A DNA stretch of 64,000 nucleotides from the human T2T-CHM13v2.0 reference genome, Homo sapiens. Location: the NCBI RefSeq assembly GCF_009914755.1, contig NC_060928.1, one strand, 5' to 3'. Made by a program: the position numbers and the translations under genes. The notes under the pieces were generated by a model that saw only the letters and a program-made list of their open reading frames with translations, was not told where the DNA came from and made no database searches. How positions within the stretch are numbered: the stretch's first letter is position 1; the number at the start of each line of letters is the position of its first letter. Below are positions 1 through 13,479 of the stretch, in pieces.

Positions 1-1050
1 CAGACTGGAGTAAAATGGGGCAGTAGGAGGGAGGCTGTGCTGCAGGTAACAAGGACCAGCTCACATCGTGCTTGTGTGCACATTATGGCGAGATCAGTGC
101 TCTTGCCCTGAGATGAGAAGTCATTGAAGGGTTTCAAGCAGAGGAATGGTGTGACCTGACTTATATTTTAACAGGTTTTTTTCTGAATACTATGTTAAAT
201 ATTGATTTAAATGAGGCAAGAGCAGAAGCAAGGAGTTTAGTTTTGAAGTTATCATAATAAGCCAGGTAAGAAGTAATGGTGGCTTAGATGAGGCAAGGAG
301 TAGCAAAGTGGGGAGAAATATTCAGATTCTGAATATGTATTGAAGGTAGAAGTGTCTGAATTTGATGATAGATAAAATGAGTCATGTAAAAGAAAGAGAT
401 TTGGGGGGCCTGAACAATTGGTAAGTAGGGCAGTCATTAATTGGGATGAGGAAGGCTATGGGTTTGGGAACAGTTGTCAGCAGCTCAGTTTTGGAAGTTG
501 GCTTCTGTCTTAGTCTATTTGGCTATATAGTCTATTTGACATCTGTCTTAGTCTATTTGGGCTTCTTTAACAAAGTGCCATTTACTGGGTGGCTTATAAA
601 AATAAAAATTTATTTCTCACAGTTCTGGAAGCTGGATGTTTGAGATCAAGGTGCCAGAATGATTGGGTTCTTGTGAGGGCACTGTTCCAAGTTGCAGACT
701 GCCTTCTTCTCATTGTATCCTGACATGGCAGTAAAAGGGTAAGAGAGCTCTCAGGGGTCCCTTCAAAAGGGCACCCAAATCTCATTCATGAGAGTTCCAC
801 CCTCATGCTCTAATTACCTCCCCAAAGCCTGTCCTCCAAACACTATCACACTGAGTAGTAGGATTTCAACATATACATTCTCGAGGGACAGGAATATTCA
901 GTTCATTGCAACATCCAAGTGAAGATGTCAATGAGGCAGTTGGATGCACAAGTTTGTATTTGGAGGATGGTCTGGGCAGGAGGTATACATTTGAAAGTCA
1001 TCAGGGTATCAGTGGTATTTTCAGCCATGAGCTTGGATGAGATCACCATG
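1..1050 (-). mobile_element. L2 LINE remnant interrupted by an MLT1A LTR
   Basis: Typical L2 text (GAGAAGTCATTGAAGGGTTTCAAGCAG; GACATCCAAGTGAAGATGTC..GGCAGTTGGAT). Boundaries approximate. Confidence 0.7.
544..910 (-). mobile_element. MLT1A-type MaLR solo LTR
   Basis: TGTCTTAGTC...TTTATTTCTCACAGTTCTGGAAGCTGG...GTTCATTGCA with TG..CA ends. 5-bp TSD ACATC at 539-543 and 911-915. Confidence 0.88.
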
Positions 1051-2299
1051 GAATGGCCACTGCTTGCAACTAAAAATCTGGTGTAGAGTGCAGAAGAAAA
1101 GTAGAAGATTCACAGACGTAACACACTGATAAAATGATCATTCTGGGCTACAGCTTACTCAGAGGGAAGAGACCTCCAATGGGCAGGTGAGGAAAATAGA
1201 GTAATGTGGGTACATGGTTGTGCCAGGGGTCTGAACTACTGCTCACAAATACCAAAGCCATAGTTAACCTCTCAGAGAATGTGTGGCCAAATTAACTCCC
1301 TGGGCCCAGCCCCAGCTGTCTGTCATAAATGACTCAAGCCTCCTCCAGTACCAAAGCCCTTACATGAGTTACAACGCTGAGGTCATCCCTGAGCTGATTT
1401 ACTGCCCTGAACATAATTTTATATGTATGCTTTCTCCAACCACATCACTTTCGCTCTTATACTCAGCTTCAGTGATTCATAAAAGCTCCTGGATCATAAT
1501 AGTTATAATGATGACCATGATGATCCCAATTCTCTGAGCATGGCCAAAGGGCAAGCTATCATAAACCCAAAAGAAAGAGGAAAACTCTCCACAGGCAGCT
1601 CCAGGGTAGAAGAGAAGGCAGACTTGATCCCTCGTGGCCATCCACTCCTCACACCAACTTTACTGTCAGCATGGTTCTCCACAAGTGTGTGACCTGGGAC
1701 TTGAACATGGAAGTCATAGGACCCAATTTATGGGGTGTAGGAGATGATAAAATGTGTGGGTTGTAATGGATGGAGAAGAGTTTCTACTATGTCAAGTGCA
1801 TATTTGCTAGCATTACTATTCTTACCACTAAGACCACTGCTCCTGTCAGCTCCACCAACATCATCATCATCACCATCACCAGAGAGAGAGATTTTACAGT
1901 AGCACATGCAGAAGTCTAATCCACAACCTCCCATCATTTCCTCCTCTCCTGCCCACTCCAAAGCCTAGACTATAGGAGCAGCCAAAACATGCCTTGGGCA
2001 AGCAAAATCAAGGTGGCAGTCCTAGCTTTCATATTTTGCCTATCTCTAACCTTCCTGCTTAATTGCTTGGCAGTTTGTAGTGACTTCTTATTAACCTGCA
2101 GTCCATATGTGCTAATAGCATGATTTTCCTTTTCAGTTGTGTTGGTTAAAAATCACAGGTGACCTGCACTGCAGAACATTTGAACTGTGAGATGCGTTTC
2201 AGGCATTCTATATTCAAAGTACACCGAATTCACATAAACAGCTGAAGGTTACTAGGAAGTGGATTTCTCATTGGTGAAAGATGACAAAATTTTTATACA

Positions 2300-2995
2300 G
2301 ATAAAATCATTCATTCAATTAATTCATTTTTAAAATATGTGAGTTCCACCATATTCCAAGAAAATAAGTGATGTATGAGTGAAGTGATGATGAGTGATGA
2401 AATGAGAATATAATTATTAGCAAAGTAGTTTTTTTTCTGCATTCATGGAACTTAAAAGTATAGTCAGGGAGATGAATAGTAATTAAATAAATACCTCCAT
2501 GATATAGACATTGTCATATATGATGTGGAGGAAAAAAAATAAGTGCTATAAATGAAAACAGTGAAAGGTATCTTTTATTTTGGATATGGTGAGGAGACAG
2601 AATCAAGAAAAGCTCCTCTGAAGAAGTGGCATTTAAGCTAAGATATAAAGACGAGAAGATATTAGCTAGGGAAAGAAAGGATGAGGCATGAGAAGGAGGA
2701 TCTTCTTGATAGAAAGCACAGCATGTGCAAAGATCCTGAGGCCTTTGAGAAACTGAAAATGATTGTGATGAAACCAAAGCAATAGAATGCAAGAAAGTGA
2801 CTGACTGAGCTGGGGCCAGGGGAGGGAACCAGCAGCAAAGGAGCACGAGGAAATGTTTTAGAGAGATAGAAATGTTTTACATCTTGATTAAAGTGACGGC
2901 TACCTAACTATACACAAGTGTCAAAATACATCAAACTGTATACTTAAAATCACTAAATTTTATTGTATGTAAATTATTCTTCAATAAAGGATGAA
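2300..2995. mobile_element. L2 remnant followed by an old L1M 3'-end fragment (~2860-2990, +)
   Basis: L2-like TCATTCATTCA / AAGTGGCATTTAAGCTAAGA text, then L1M 3' text GTCAAAATACATCAAACTGTATACTTAAA..TATTGTATGTAAATTAT..AATAAAG. Confidence 0.6.
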
Positions 2996-3746
2996 GAAAA
3001 CACAGTAAGATTTTTGTCCTTTCCCTTTTAAGTGATAATTTTGGGTTCATTTAGTATAAAAAGAAAGCAGAAAATGCACGAACTACTAAATTAAATGTAT
3101 TTGTTTATGAATTTATTCACTTGTTTATTGTTCATGGCCCATTTGTTTAAAAAATAATTTACAATGAAAAGGGCAGACTTGGGATCCTAAGGGACATTTG
3201 GTATTTACATATCTACAGCTAGGAGCAAGGCACTTAAACTTCTGAGCCTTTGTTTCCTCCTCTGTGGAAAAAAAATAGAGAGAAAAACATCTCTCATATT
3301 AGGTTGTTGAGTGGATGATCTCATTTAATCACAGAAAGATGTCAGTTCCAATAGATAATAGATCCTTCTTCTTTGTCATTCTCTTTGGAATCTCAAATTC
3401 AAGCACATTGCCAAGTTCTTCTGATAAAATCAGCCTCCACAAGGGGTGACATGTCTCTGTACGGTGTTCTGGGTATGGGATACCTTTGAGGGGAGGACCC
3501 TTAAGGGAGCAGGAGATGACACAGTGGTAGATGGGCATAACTGGTATTGGGTGGTATCACCTCTACCTCAACCTGTGGCCTGCCGCACCCCAATATGGCA
3601 GAAACATTTTCAGGCCCCGGCAGGTCCATGTGCATCTAGATCCTGCCTGAGATCCATGTGAAGAGACAAAGTACAGTGAGAGATATTCAAACCTCTCCGT
3701 ACAAAAGTGAAACAAGAAATGCTAGGAGAGTGTTCGATTCAGATGC

Positions 3747-3771
<25 letters not shown>
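3747..3771 (+). repeat. Poly(A)25 homopolymer
   Basis: Uninterrupted A run, not attached to a recognisable Alu or L1. Confidence 0.95.
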
Positions 3772-3777
<6 letters not shown>

Positions 3778-6700
3778 CCTAAAGAACTTTTCAAGGTTTA
3801 CCCAAACTCGATTTTTTCTCTTCTTTCATCCTTTCTGTTTTTTCCTTTTCATTTTCTTACTGTAGCTTTCTAAAATCATAAGGGTGAAATTTGTAACCTT
3901 CTGAAGTCATAAATAGAGGAAATTCATTGGTAGAAGCTAAAACAATTCACCCTGACTCCCTTTAGTTTTCAATTACCCAAGAAAATCTAGTTTTCAATGA
4001 ATAAAGGCTACCCTTTCAACCAATTTGTGGTGTCTCCGGAGCAAGGAATTGTGTCGATCGTCACCACAAAAATGCACAGGCAGAGGGCAGACAGGCAGAT
4101 CGCTTTTTGGAGGCTCACAGACAAAGGAGGTGTTATGTGTAGTACAACCATTCACTGCAAAGGGATTGTTTAAGTGGAGATGACTAGTCGACACTCACAC
4201 AAGAGGGAGCCTTCATACGTAAATAAAGGCTGGCTGCCACAGAAACCCCTCCATCTGTTGCTGCCTATTGCCCGACTTCCAAGGCTCTGGCTGCACTAAC
4301 TGAAAACATGGATGAATTTGCGTCCCACATGTTCACTTTTAGGAATCACTGAGAGTTTGTTTTCGGGTAGGACCAGCTCCAGCCTGACTCTCTGCTCCGC
4401 TAAGCCAAAGAGGTATCCATTTGGAGGCTTTGGGGCTTCTGTTGTCTTTGTATCATTGATTCCTGATACTTTTCCTCACTGTTACTCTCTCCTCATTTGG
4501 ATGCTCTAGTCATCAACATGGCTAGAGATGTGTTAAGCAGCTAAGCCTCTTTCACTTTGGAGCCCAATTCAAGGCAGGGCTTGAGTAGAACAGTTTCCTC
4601 TGCAGAGAGAACAAAAAACCCAAAAGCATGCACGGATGTGCGCACTGGAGAGGACACTGTTTTGGCATTTGCAGGGCATGCCGTTACTATCTTCTGAAGG
4701 GGTTAATGTGTCACAAGTTTCAGAAAGTAATCAGAAAGGTGCAAAAGGTCTTCAGCAATGGCAAACCAGCTGCACGCAATGCTACTGGCCCCAATTTATA
4801 TTTTCTTTTCCTTCAAAGCTGAGGCCAAACATGCAAGTGTCAAATCAGAGGTGGATGCAGAACATAAGCACTGTCATCTGAGTGTACGCAGAAATAGATC
4901 TTGAATTGAGCATTGTTGATGAGTTGGCTTTACTTCTCCTCTCCATCTGATAGAGAAAAGGCAAGTACAGTTGTCAGTTCCATTTTGCACCTAAAGGACA
5001 CTGAGGTGCCAATATGTGAAATAACACACAGTCTCAAAAAGAATGACCAATGTACTCAGTTCCTGACTAATAACTTGGAGCTCTCCTGTTAGATCACACA
5101 AGCTTGAAAATAGCCAACTGGCTTTACCAAAGAACTTTTGCATTCCCTATAAGGCAATGAAATGGTGGGAGTGGGAGAGAATCTGAATTCATGTTTAAGC
5201 TGCCTAATGCTGAATCACATTCGTGACGTTTTGTGTTCATGAATGGGGCTTTTTCTACTTATTTGCTGGAGGGTAACAGTGTGTCAGAGAAGTTGTGTAA
5301 AGCTAAATCCAGAAATCAAAACTTTTTTTCTGCAGTATCCCTTCATGTTTTTGGTCAGGCCACCTGAACACATTCTTTCTTATATGAAATGTAAAGAATA
5401 AACTGTCATTTGCACAAAAAGACTTTTGAAAATTAGTAAGATTTGTATAGCAAACAGAGCTAATTGGTTTAAAATACTAAAGGGTCTATTATTTAGCATC
5501 TGCTTATTCATGCAATGATATTTATTGAACAATAAACCTAGGAACTTTTGCCACACTGGATGCATTCTAGAACACCTGGCCTTCTTTGCATGGCTGGATG
5601 AACTGACTTAGGCCACAGCCAGCTATCTTCTAAAAACTTCTAAATGAAAGCCAAAAAAGAATTAACAGGAATGTCACAAGTCACATGCACGCAGCTGAAG
5701 AAAGCATATTGTCTTGACTCAACTTGAAATCTATGCTAACTTAGCAGCAACACCTCATTTCTTAAAACATCAATGATTTTAGGTTTTATTACAGCACTAC
5801 TCACTTTTGTGGGACTTAAAAAATTAAAAACATTTTAAACTTGCCCTTTAAACATGCTCATAGATTCAGAAGATGTATTTCTTAATATTTAGTATGTTTG
5901 GCTCATATTCTATTTCCTGGGTAGACTGGTTTGTATATTTATTTTATCAATTGTTGACACCCATATTATAAGCTGAGAGCTGTTTTGAACATTTGTTTTT
6001 AATCCAGCAATAGCTTCATAGACCCTTTAGTGTTTAAAGTATAACGTACAGATGCTATTGGAATAGTTTTAGGGTCCTAAAGCTTTTCAGGGGTCCCAGA
6101 TCAGGATTTATATAATGGATTTTGGTTTTGTAAAAGGTACTCATAACTCTTGTTAAATTTCTGCATGTTTTTTCTTTAATTCAAGTTTACCAAAGATAGG
6201 GAATGGGGCTAACCCAAAGGTAAAAGCAGGAACAAAGTGAATAAAGTGTTTCTCTATTTTGATAAGGGCACTGGGTTAACACGTGAATGTTGGTGTTGAT
6301 GTCAACATCCCAAGTCAAAGTTAAACATGGCTGGGCTGCTCTTACTTCAGATTTGGGTGACATTTTTCCCGGTTAATGAACATTTCCTTTTCTGCAAAAG
6401 AAAGGTTTTGTCTTAAGTTCCATGGCTTTGGGCCAAAAAGAGATCTTTTCTTCTCTCTTTGCCTTTACCCTTTAACAAAAACAATGAAATTCCTTCTTTT
6501 TCATAATTATCTTTGTATTTCTGTTAATGTCCTTTTACTTTCATTTTATTATGACTTTGGTACCTCCGATTTTTGTGGAGAAAAAAATAGATTCACTTAA
6601 ATTAATGTTTATTTTAGCCCTTTCTCTTAAAACATTTAAGTGAGTTTGTTATGGTAAAAGGTACCAGGTTTCTTCGGTCTGATGTTAAGTGAGTGCAGCT

Positions 6701-6889
6701 TCATGTCTATGTCGCTATGGACATTGAAATTTGTTTTCTTTTGTTTGGCTGAGGTTTACTTTACCACTGCCTGGTTGTTATAAGAGTGAAATAAATCCAG
6801 TCATTTGTTTCTGAAAGAATGTGGTTATTATCCATGTTCTTGGACTTTAACGCTACATTCAAAAAAAAAAAATGGCTGAGTACACCAGA

Positions 6890-7397
6890 GTCCTTGCAAT
6901 CATACTTGGATCTGGGTTCATACAGAGTACTTTGCTGACTCCCTTCTTCCTACCAAGAGAAACTTAAGCGGTCTGAGAGATTCTCTCCCTTTTTAGCAGT
7001 GGGAGAAATTGGTCCTAGCTCAAGTTGTACGATAGGGCCATACAGTAAATACTAATTACCTGACCGAGCCAGATACTGTGCTAAGGACAGAGTCAGAGTG
7101 ACCCAGAGTGTACAGCAAGAAAAGCTAAGGTTATGCATAAGACAAAATTATGGGGAACTGAAATTAGGAACCTGCAAAGAAGCAAGTTTGCAGAGACGAA
7201 ATTGGAAACAACACTGCATAGAAAAGTAGAGTAAGAGAGCTAGCGAGTGACTGCCTGATGATTTCCACCTTTCCTGAGCCCTACCTTCATTTTCTACAAT
7301 GTACTGTTCCCACTATTCTTTTAATAAAACCCCCCTTCGCTTGAGCTTTTTTGGGTGGGGCTTGCTTCCTTGCCAACAAATGTGCCCTGACTAAGAC
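6890..7397 (+). mobile_element. Ancient ERVL-class LTR (LTR33/LTR67-like)
   Basis: AATAAA at 7323-7328 followed by the LTR-type end CCTTGCCAACAAATGTGCCCTGACTAAGAC. 5' boundary uncertain. Confidence 0.5.
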
Positions 7398-8935
7398 TGG
7401 TGCTATCGTTAATTTTTAAGGTAACCCCGAAACACTTCTTTTTGCCTGAAAAGTAGAAATGTCTTAGAAATGTCTTAAGGCCAAAAGTATTCATGTTAGT
7501 GACCCAATTCTGTGGGGAAAGAGAAGCTTTGCTTCTCCCTGCCACCAGTGACACTGTCCCCCAACTTCTCACCCTGGAGAGTTCACGAATGGTTGGGGGA
7601 GCGGGCTAGCATATCATCTCCCTGGATCCCAACAAGAGAAGGAAATGGGACTAACTAGCAACTGACCCAACTGACGAATTCCATTTCTGTGCAAACACGT
7701 CTCCTCTGGCACAGACAGATTCTGATTTTATTTAAATCCTGCTCAGAATTAAATCCCTGCAACATCAAGCTGAAAAGGAGAGCCAGCTGTGAAATGCAGA
7801 GGGAAGTGGGTTCCTAACTTGATAAGTCCTATTGAAATGGTGTGGAGTGAGATGACTGTTAAGTGCCTGTGAGAGGATGTGGCAGAGAGCAGCCCAGAGG
7901 GGACTGCAGGGGCCTAAGGAGAGAAGTCAGAAGGGGCAGGGATTTTATTTTATTTGCTTTTCTTTCTGGTCACACTGTATTTGAGTCACCTGCCAGTGTA
8001 ATTAGGCCAGGATGCAGATTTCGTAAAGAAAGAAAGTCATAACCAATTCAGAAGTCGTCAAGGATTTTGACTGATTGTGGTCAAAATGTTCCTCCAGACT
8101 GATTTGTCAATAGGCCCTCAGAAGTTATTGGATTGGAGTTAAAAATCATAAGAACTGGAGAGCAGGCTTTAAAATTGCCTGTTCAGTCTTAGCACCTTTT
8201 CTTTCCTGGCCCACTGCTTGTTCCCCTTCCTAAAGGTATTTCCTGTTTTTAAAAGGCTTCCAGGATACTTACGAAATCACACATCCCCCTGATAAAATTC
8301 AGGGATGTGTCCAAAAAGTCATTCATATCTAGGCACAAAGAACTGATGAGGCTACAGGTGAAAACACTCCAAGAAATATGCATTTTAGCCTAAGACAAAA
8401 GTGACTAGAGAATAAATCTCCAGTTACAAGGATTCGAGCATCAGTGGGTTGCAGGAAGATATGTAAAGGACAGGAGGACTCTCCTGAAGTTAATTTGAGG
8501 AGTTGTATCTCATCCAGTGAGGCTGCACCTGGGCAAACATTTGACTAAACTGGAGCTCTTCTAAACCTGAGAACGGTAGTGACCAAGAATCACAGGGACT
8601 GATCCCCCTGATACTCACTCCTTCCTCCTGAGGAAAAGAGACACACAGCTCCCAAGTTGCCCATCATAGTGGTTATTCCTCAGAACGCCCAGTAATCGCT
8701 AAAGGAAGAAACAAAATCTCTAAGAACTTCAGTATCAGACAAGCTCTAGGAAAATCACTAACCTAAATTCAGAATGCTGAACAAAGCCAGAGCACTATTA
8801 AAATATTTTATTGATATTCCTCAATTGGAAAATATGTCAAAGACCACTGATTTTGAATAATGGGAGGTTCTTGGCCACACCTGGTCTTCCTGTCCATGCT
8901 ACCAGTGATCCCATCTACCCCAGAATTTCCCCCAT

Positions 8936-9319
8936 TGTATTAGTCTGTTTTCACACTTTTATAAAGAACTGCCCAAGACTGGGTAATTAAAGGAAAGAGG
9001 TTTAATTGATTCACAGATTCGCATGGCTGGGGAGGCCTCAGGAAACTTACAATCATAGCGGAAGGTGAAGAGGAAGCAAGGCACCTTCTTCACAGGTGGC
9101 AGGAAAGAGGAGTGCTGAGCAAAAGGGGAAGAGCCTCTTATAAAATCATCAGATCTTGTGAGAACTCACTCACTATCACGAGAACAGCATGGGGGAAACT
9201 ATCCCCATGATTCCATTTCCTCCACCTGGCCTCTCCCTTGACACATGGAAATTATGGGAATTATGGAGATTATAATTAAAGATGAGATTTAGATGGGGAC
9301 ACAAAGCCTAACCATATCA
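8936..9319 (-). mobile_element. THE1 (THE1D-like) MaLR solo LTR
   Basis: TGTATTAGTCTGTTTTCACAC...GGGAGGCCTCAGGAAACTTACAATCA...CCTAACCATATCA. TSD CCCAT at 8931-8935 and 9320-9324. Confidence 0.93.
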
Positions 9320-11049
9320 CCCATCCATACCTACACTGCCATCACTTCCACCCCACCACCCTAGCAATACACATCAGTGTCCTTATACCAAAATCAGAGT
9401 CACCATATTGCTAAAAGTCCATTTGAGGCTTGAAGTTCGGATGAGGCAAGGAGCCAAAGACCATGGCAAAGAAAAAAAATGAGCTAGTAATTAACACATA
9501 TAATTACAAGAGTGATTCACAAAAGAGTTACTATGGTTGCTAGTTTATTTTTGTCTTTGTTTCTCTTGACTCATGAAAGCAGAATCTGTTTGTTTCTAAT
9601 GCAGAATAAGCCAGGTCTTCACAATATATGCTTTCTCCCTTATGACAAGTGTTCAAAAATTAATTCTATGCCTGCAAAACTTAAAAATCTGTCACTGTAG
9701 TTTATGTTCCCAGTAGGAGGTGTAACTTAATTGTTCAGGGACATATAGAATAATCCTCCATGCCATGATACCTCCAAAAGAGATTTGCTGTAATGCACTT
9801 TACACATAGTTCAGTATTTAATGGCATTCTGCTCAGAGAGGTTTACTTCCTCTTTAAAGGCGAGGTGAATTTCTATGGTGCAAGGACAGGAAGAGTTTCC
9901 AAGGATAGGAAATTACTGGTTTCAGAAAGGAACAAACATCTCAGGGAGAATCAATATCAAGTCAAGAATATTTGGGCCTTGCTGTTAATTTGCATGATGT
10001 CTAGTACTGACAATCTCACAGTTTCACCCTTGTTCTTCCTATGTAAAATAAGGATACTTGGAGTTTTGTATGTATGTGTGATAGACTTCGCTGCCCCTAC
10101 TTTCTCTCCTTATAAGCTAAAGGCAAAACGAGACCGCTAAATACCTTTGACACAAAGTGTGGTTTTTTTCTGATGCCTCCTTTACCTCCGGATGGACACA
10201 AGTTCTATCCAGCTCACATGATGTCAGCTACTTCCTACAAACATGATTTCCTGCATTTTGGCCATCATAATCACCAGATGATTTTATTCTCTTTACTTCC
10301 ATATCCCTCATTGTTCAGATTGTTCCTACAAGAAAAACCTACACAACAAAGAAGAGGAAAATCTGATACCATCACGTTTAGCACCACAACTAGCAACCAC
10401 TGCAAAACCCATTTATAAAAAGGCTATTATTCTGCTTATAATCTGCTTTCATGATTGCTTTTAACTAACTCGAGGAGACGATGCACTAAGGTAGAAAGGT
10501 TTGTGATCCATCTGTTGAGTGTATAATTTCCTTTTCATTGGCTAGCACAGTCCAATAAAGAAATATTATTAGGTGCACTAACTCAATCAGCAAACAAATG
10601 ACAGGCAGATGGCCTTCAAAAACAATACTGCCCATGAATGCCACAGAGCCACAATGTGGGCCCCAGCTTTTAGGCAGCCTTTGTCTGAAAACACTCCACT
10701 GGGTTAAGTGATGCAAAATACGACAGAAAGAGAGAGAAGCTGTGTGTAAATGAGGGAGAAGTTAACGGCCTCTGAAGTGCTGCATGAAAGGCTATGATAA
10801 TTTTATTGGGAACAGAAATAAATAAATAAATAAAAGCACCCTACTTAAATAATACAGCCCTGTGATAGCGCTGAAATCAAGTACATCACGTTTAGGTAAT
10901 CCTTCTGTTCTAAAGCCTCATTTTGGTCAGATTTTTTTTTTCTCTAAAGGGACTTTATCTGACAGAATTTTCTCAAGGTTTGTTTCAGCTGAGTAATGCA
11001 ACTTGGTGAGTAGAAGCTTTTGTATGAGAGAATTTCACTGGTTGAATAG

Positions 11050-11140
11050 GAGAAAAGAAGAAAAGAAGGGAAGAAGGAAGAAGGGAGGGAGAGAAGGAAA
11101 GAAGAGAGAGAGGAAAAAAGACAAGAGAGACAAGGGAAGA
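11050..11140 (+). repeat. GA-rich polypurine low-complexity tract
   Basis: AGAAAAGAAGAAAAGAAGGGAAGAAGGAAGAAGGGAGGGAGAG... Confidence 0.8.
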
Positions 11141-11222
11141 CTTTTAAAAGATTTTGAAAAATTAATGAGGTCAGAGACTGGCATGGGTAAATTTAAAGTC
11201 ACGAGGATACATATAACCAATA

Positions 11223-11454
11223 CAGGTTGAGCATCCCAAATCCAAAAACCCAAAACGTATAATGCCCCTAAATCCAAAACTTTTTGATCACCAACATGAA
11301 ACTCAAGGGAAATGCTGATTGGAGGATTTCAAATTTTGGATTTTCAGATTTGGGATGCTCGACCAGTATAATGCAAATATTCCAAACTCTGAAAATATGT
11401 GATGCCCAAAACACTTCTGGTCCTAAATATTTTGGATAAGGGATGCTCAGCCTG
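11223..11454. mobile_element. Tigger4a (Zombi/MER46) non-autonomous TcMar DNA transposon
   Basis: Terminal inverted repeats CAGGTTGAGCATCCC ... GGGATGCTCAGCCTG, flanked by TA TSDs (11221-22, 11455-56). About 230 bp. Confidence 0.9.
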
Positions 11455-12494
11455 TATAACCTTTGATGCTTGATAATCGTGAACAGGTAATTAGCTCATA
11501 TCCTGGACAATCCACCTATCATCCTTAGGGTATGAGCTTTGGTTTGTTTGGTCAATAATGGTAATGGATATAGGTTGAATAATCCACACATCTCCCTGAT
11601 GAGTGGTGGTGGTATGCATGGCTCCATGATAAATTAGGATCTACCATGGAATCTATGATAAATTCAATCTAAGTCCTTGACCTCAGAAGCAACTTAATTT
11701 GATCAGCACAACTATGTAGTTATATACGCCTCTTATAACCTCTAGACTAACATCTATCTCTGGCTTTTAGAAGAAAAAAGAGAAAAAAGCAAATCATACC
11801 TGGTTGACATTTTAAAAGTTTTTCTCCTTGTAAAAATAATGCAAGCTTTGGCAAAAAATGAAAAACAAAGAAAAATCGTCGAGGAACAACTCCGTTAATA
11901 ATGTGCAATGTGTCCTGCCTGTATTTTTTCTTTGCATTTTTGCACATTTGAGAATATATTATTTTGCATTCTTTTTAAAAACTTAATCTTATATCAAAGT
12001 TTTTATAAATATTATTTCAAACAGCTTCATAATATTTCATTGTTTGTGTAGAACAGAATCTTCTTAACATTTTTAAGAGAACTATGTTGACCTGTATGTC
12101 TTGCTACTTGCTAGCTTTGTAAATTTAGGAAATTAATATTACCTTCTGAGCATCAGTGTTGTGAAGATTGAATTAAATAATCCCTGTAAAGAGTTTAGTA
12201 CATTGCTTGGTACATAGCAAGAATTCAATAAAAGTTATCAATGATAGTAACTTGTCCGTAAGAATTCTTGTTCCCATTTCTGATAATTGCCTTAGGAAAG
12301 ATTCTTAGATATGAAGGGCAAAAGATCTAAACACAGTTACGATTCTTAATGAATACTATAAAACTCTTCTATGTATATAATAATAATTTATGTTCCACCG
12401 GTAATGGAGAAGTTTCTTACCAAGCCCTTGACTACAATGAGAATCTTTTTTTTCTAACTTCAGCTTATTTAGTAGGTTAAAATATGACATCTCA

Positions 12495-12812
12495 GGCCAG
12501 GCATGGTGGCTAACACCTGTAATCCCAGCACTTTAGGAAGCCAAGGCAGTGGATCGCCTGAGCTCAGGAGTTTGAGACCAGCCTGGGAAACATGGCAAAA
12601 CCATGTCTCCACAAAAAATACCAAAAAATTAGCTGGGCATGGTTGCTCGCGCCTGTAGTCCCAAATGCTCAAGAGGCTGAGGTGCGAGGATCAATTGAGG
12701 CTGAGAGTTCAAGGCTGCAGTGAGCTGTGATCACGCCACTGCACTCCAGCCCAAACGACAGAGTGACACCCTATCTCAATTATTTTTTAAAAATAATAAT
12801 ACATAAATAACA
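12495..12812 (+). mobile_element. AluJ SINE
   Basis: Dimeric Alu with a J-type right arm (GGATCAATTGAGG..GAGTTCAAGGCTGCAGTGAGCTGTGATCACGCC) and a degenerate tail. Confidence 0.92.

Positions 12813-12813
<1 letters not shown>

Positions 12814-12853
<40 letters not shown>
12814..12853. repeat. (CA)n microsatellite at the Alu tail
   Basis: About 20 uninterrupted CA units. Confidence 0.95.
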
Positions 12854-12855
<2 letters not shown>

Positions 12856-13103
12856 ACATTTTATTACTTGTTAAATTGGGTTTTTAAAATTTTTTCAAAG
12901 AATAGCAAACATTACATCTTCTTTCTTTTTTGTGTGTAAATTGGTGAACTTTTTATTAGTATCTTTTGCTGTCTGAGTCACTTTAATTCCTTATTCAAAA
13001 TCATCTAGAGCCACATCTATAGTATCTCTTTAGTGCCATCTCACACCCCACATTCCACACTCTACAATGGCTCAAATATCCGTTTCCACCTACTCAGTCA
13101 ATT

Positions 13104-13128
13104 TCTCTCTCTCTCTCTCTCTCTCTCT
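13104..13128. repeat. (CT)n microsatellite
   Basis: About 12 TC units. Confidence 0.9.
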
Positions 13129-13479
13129 CAATCTGTCCCTGCCCACGCCACACCTCCCTCTCCATTTCTCCATTAGATAGAGCTAAGCTCGCTAAGGCAA
13201 TGTTGCTCAATCTTGACTAACCTAGAGAATCTTATTAAAATGTAGATTCTGCATTTCTAATAAACACTCTAATAACACTGATGCTGTTAACTTTCAACCT
13301 ACTCTGTATGAATCACTGCAAGTATCTTGTAGTTGATCCAAGCCATTGAAGCCCATGGAAAGCACCTCCCTTCAAGATTTTCAATTTTTGAAGGAAAAAG
13401 CTGCAGATGAGATTTCTCCAAGGGAAAACTAGCTGGTCTCCAATAGTCCTCACAGAGTATAAATGCCCATGGTCCAGGG

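Noticed and set aside
7539-7556. CTCF-like CTGCCACCAGTGACACTG
   Set aside because: Core spacing and G-run deviate from the consensus; not supportable from sequence alone.
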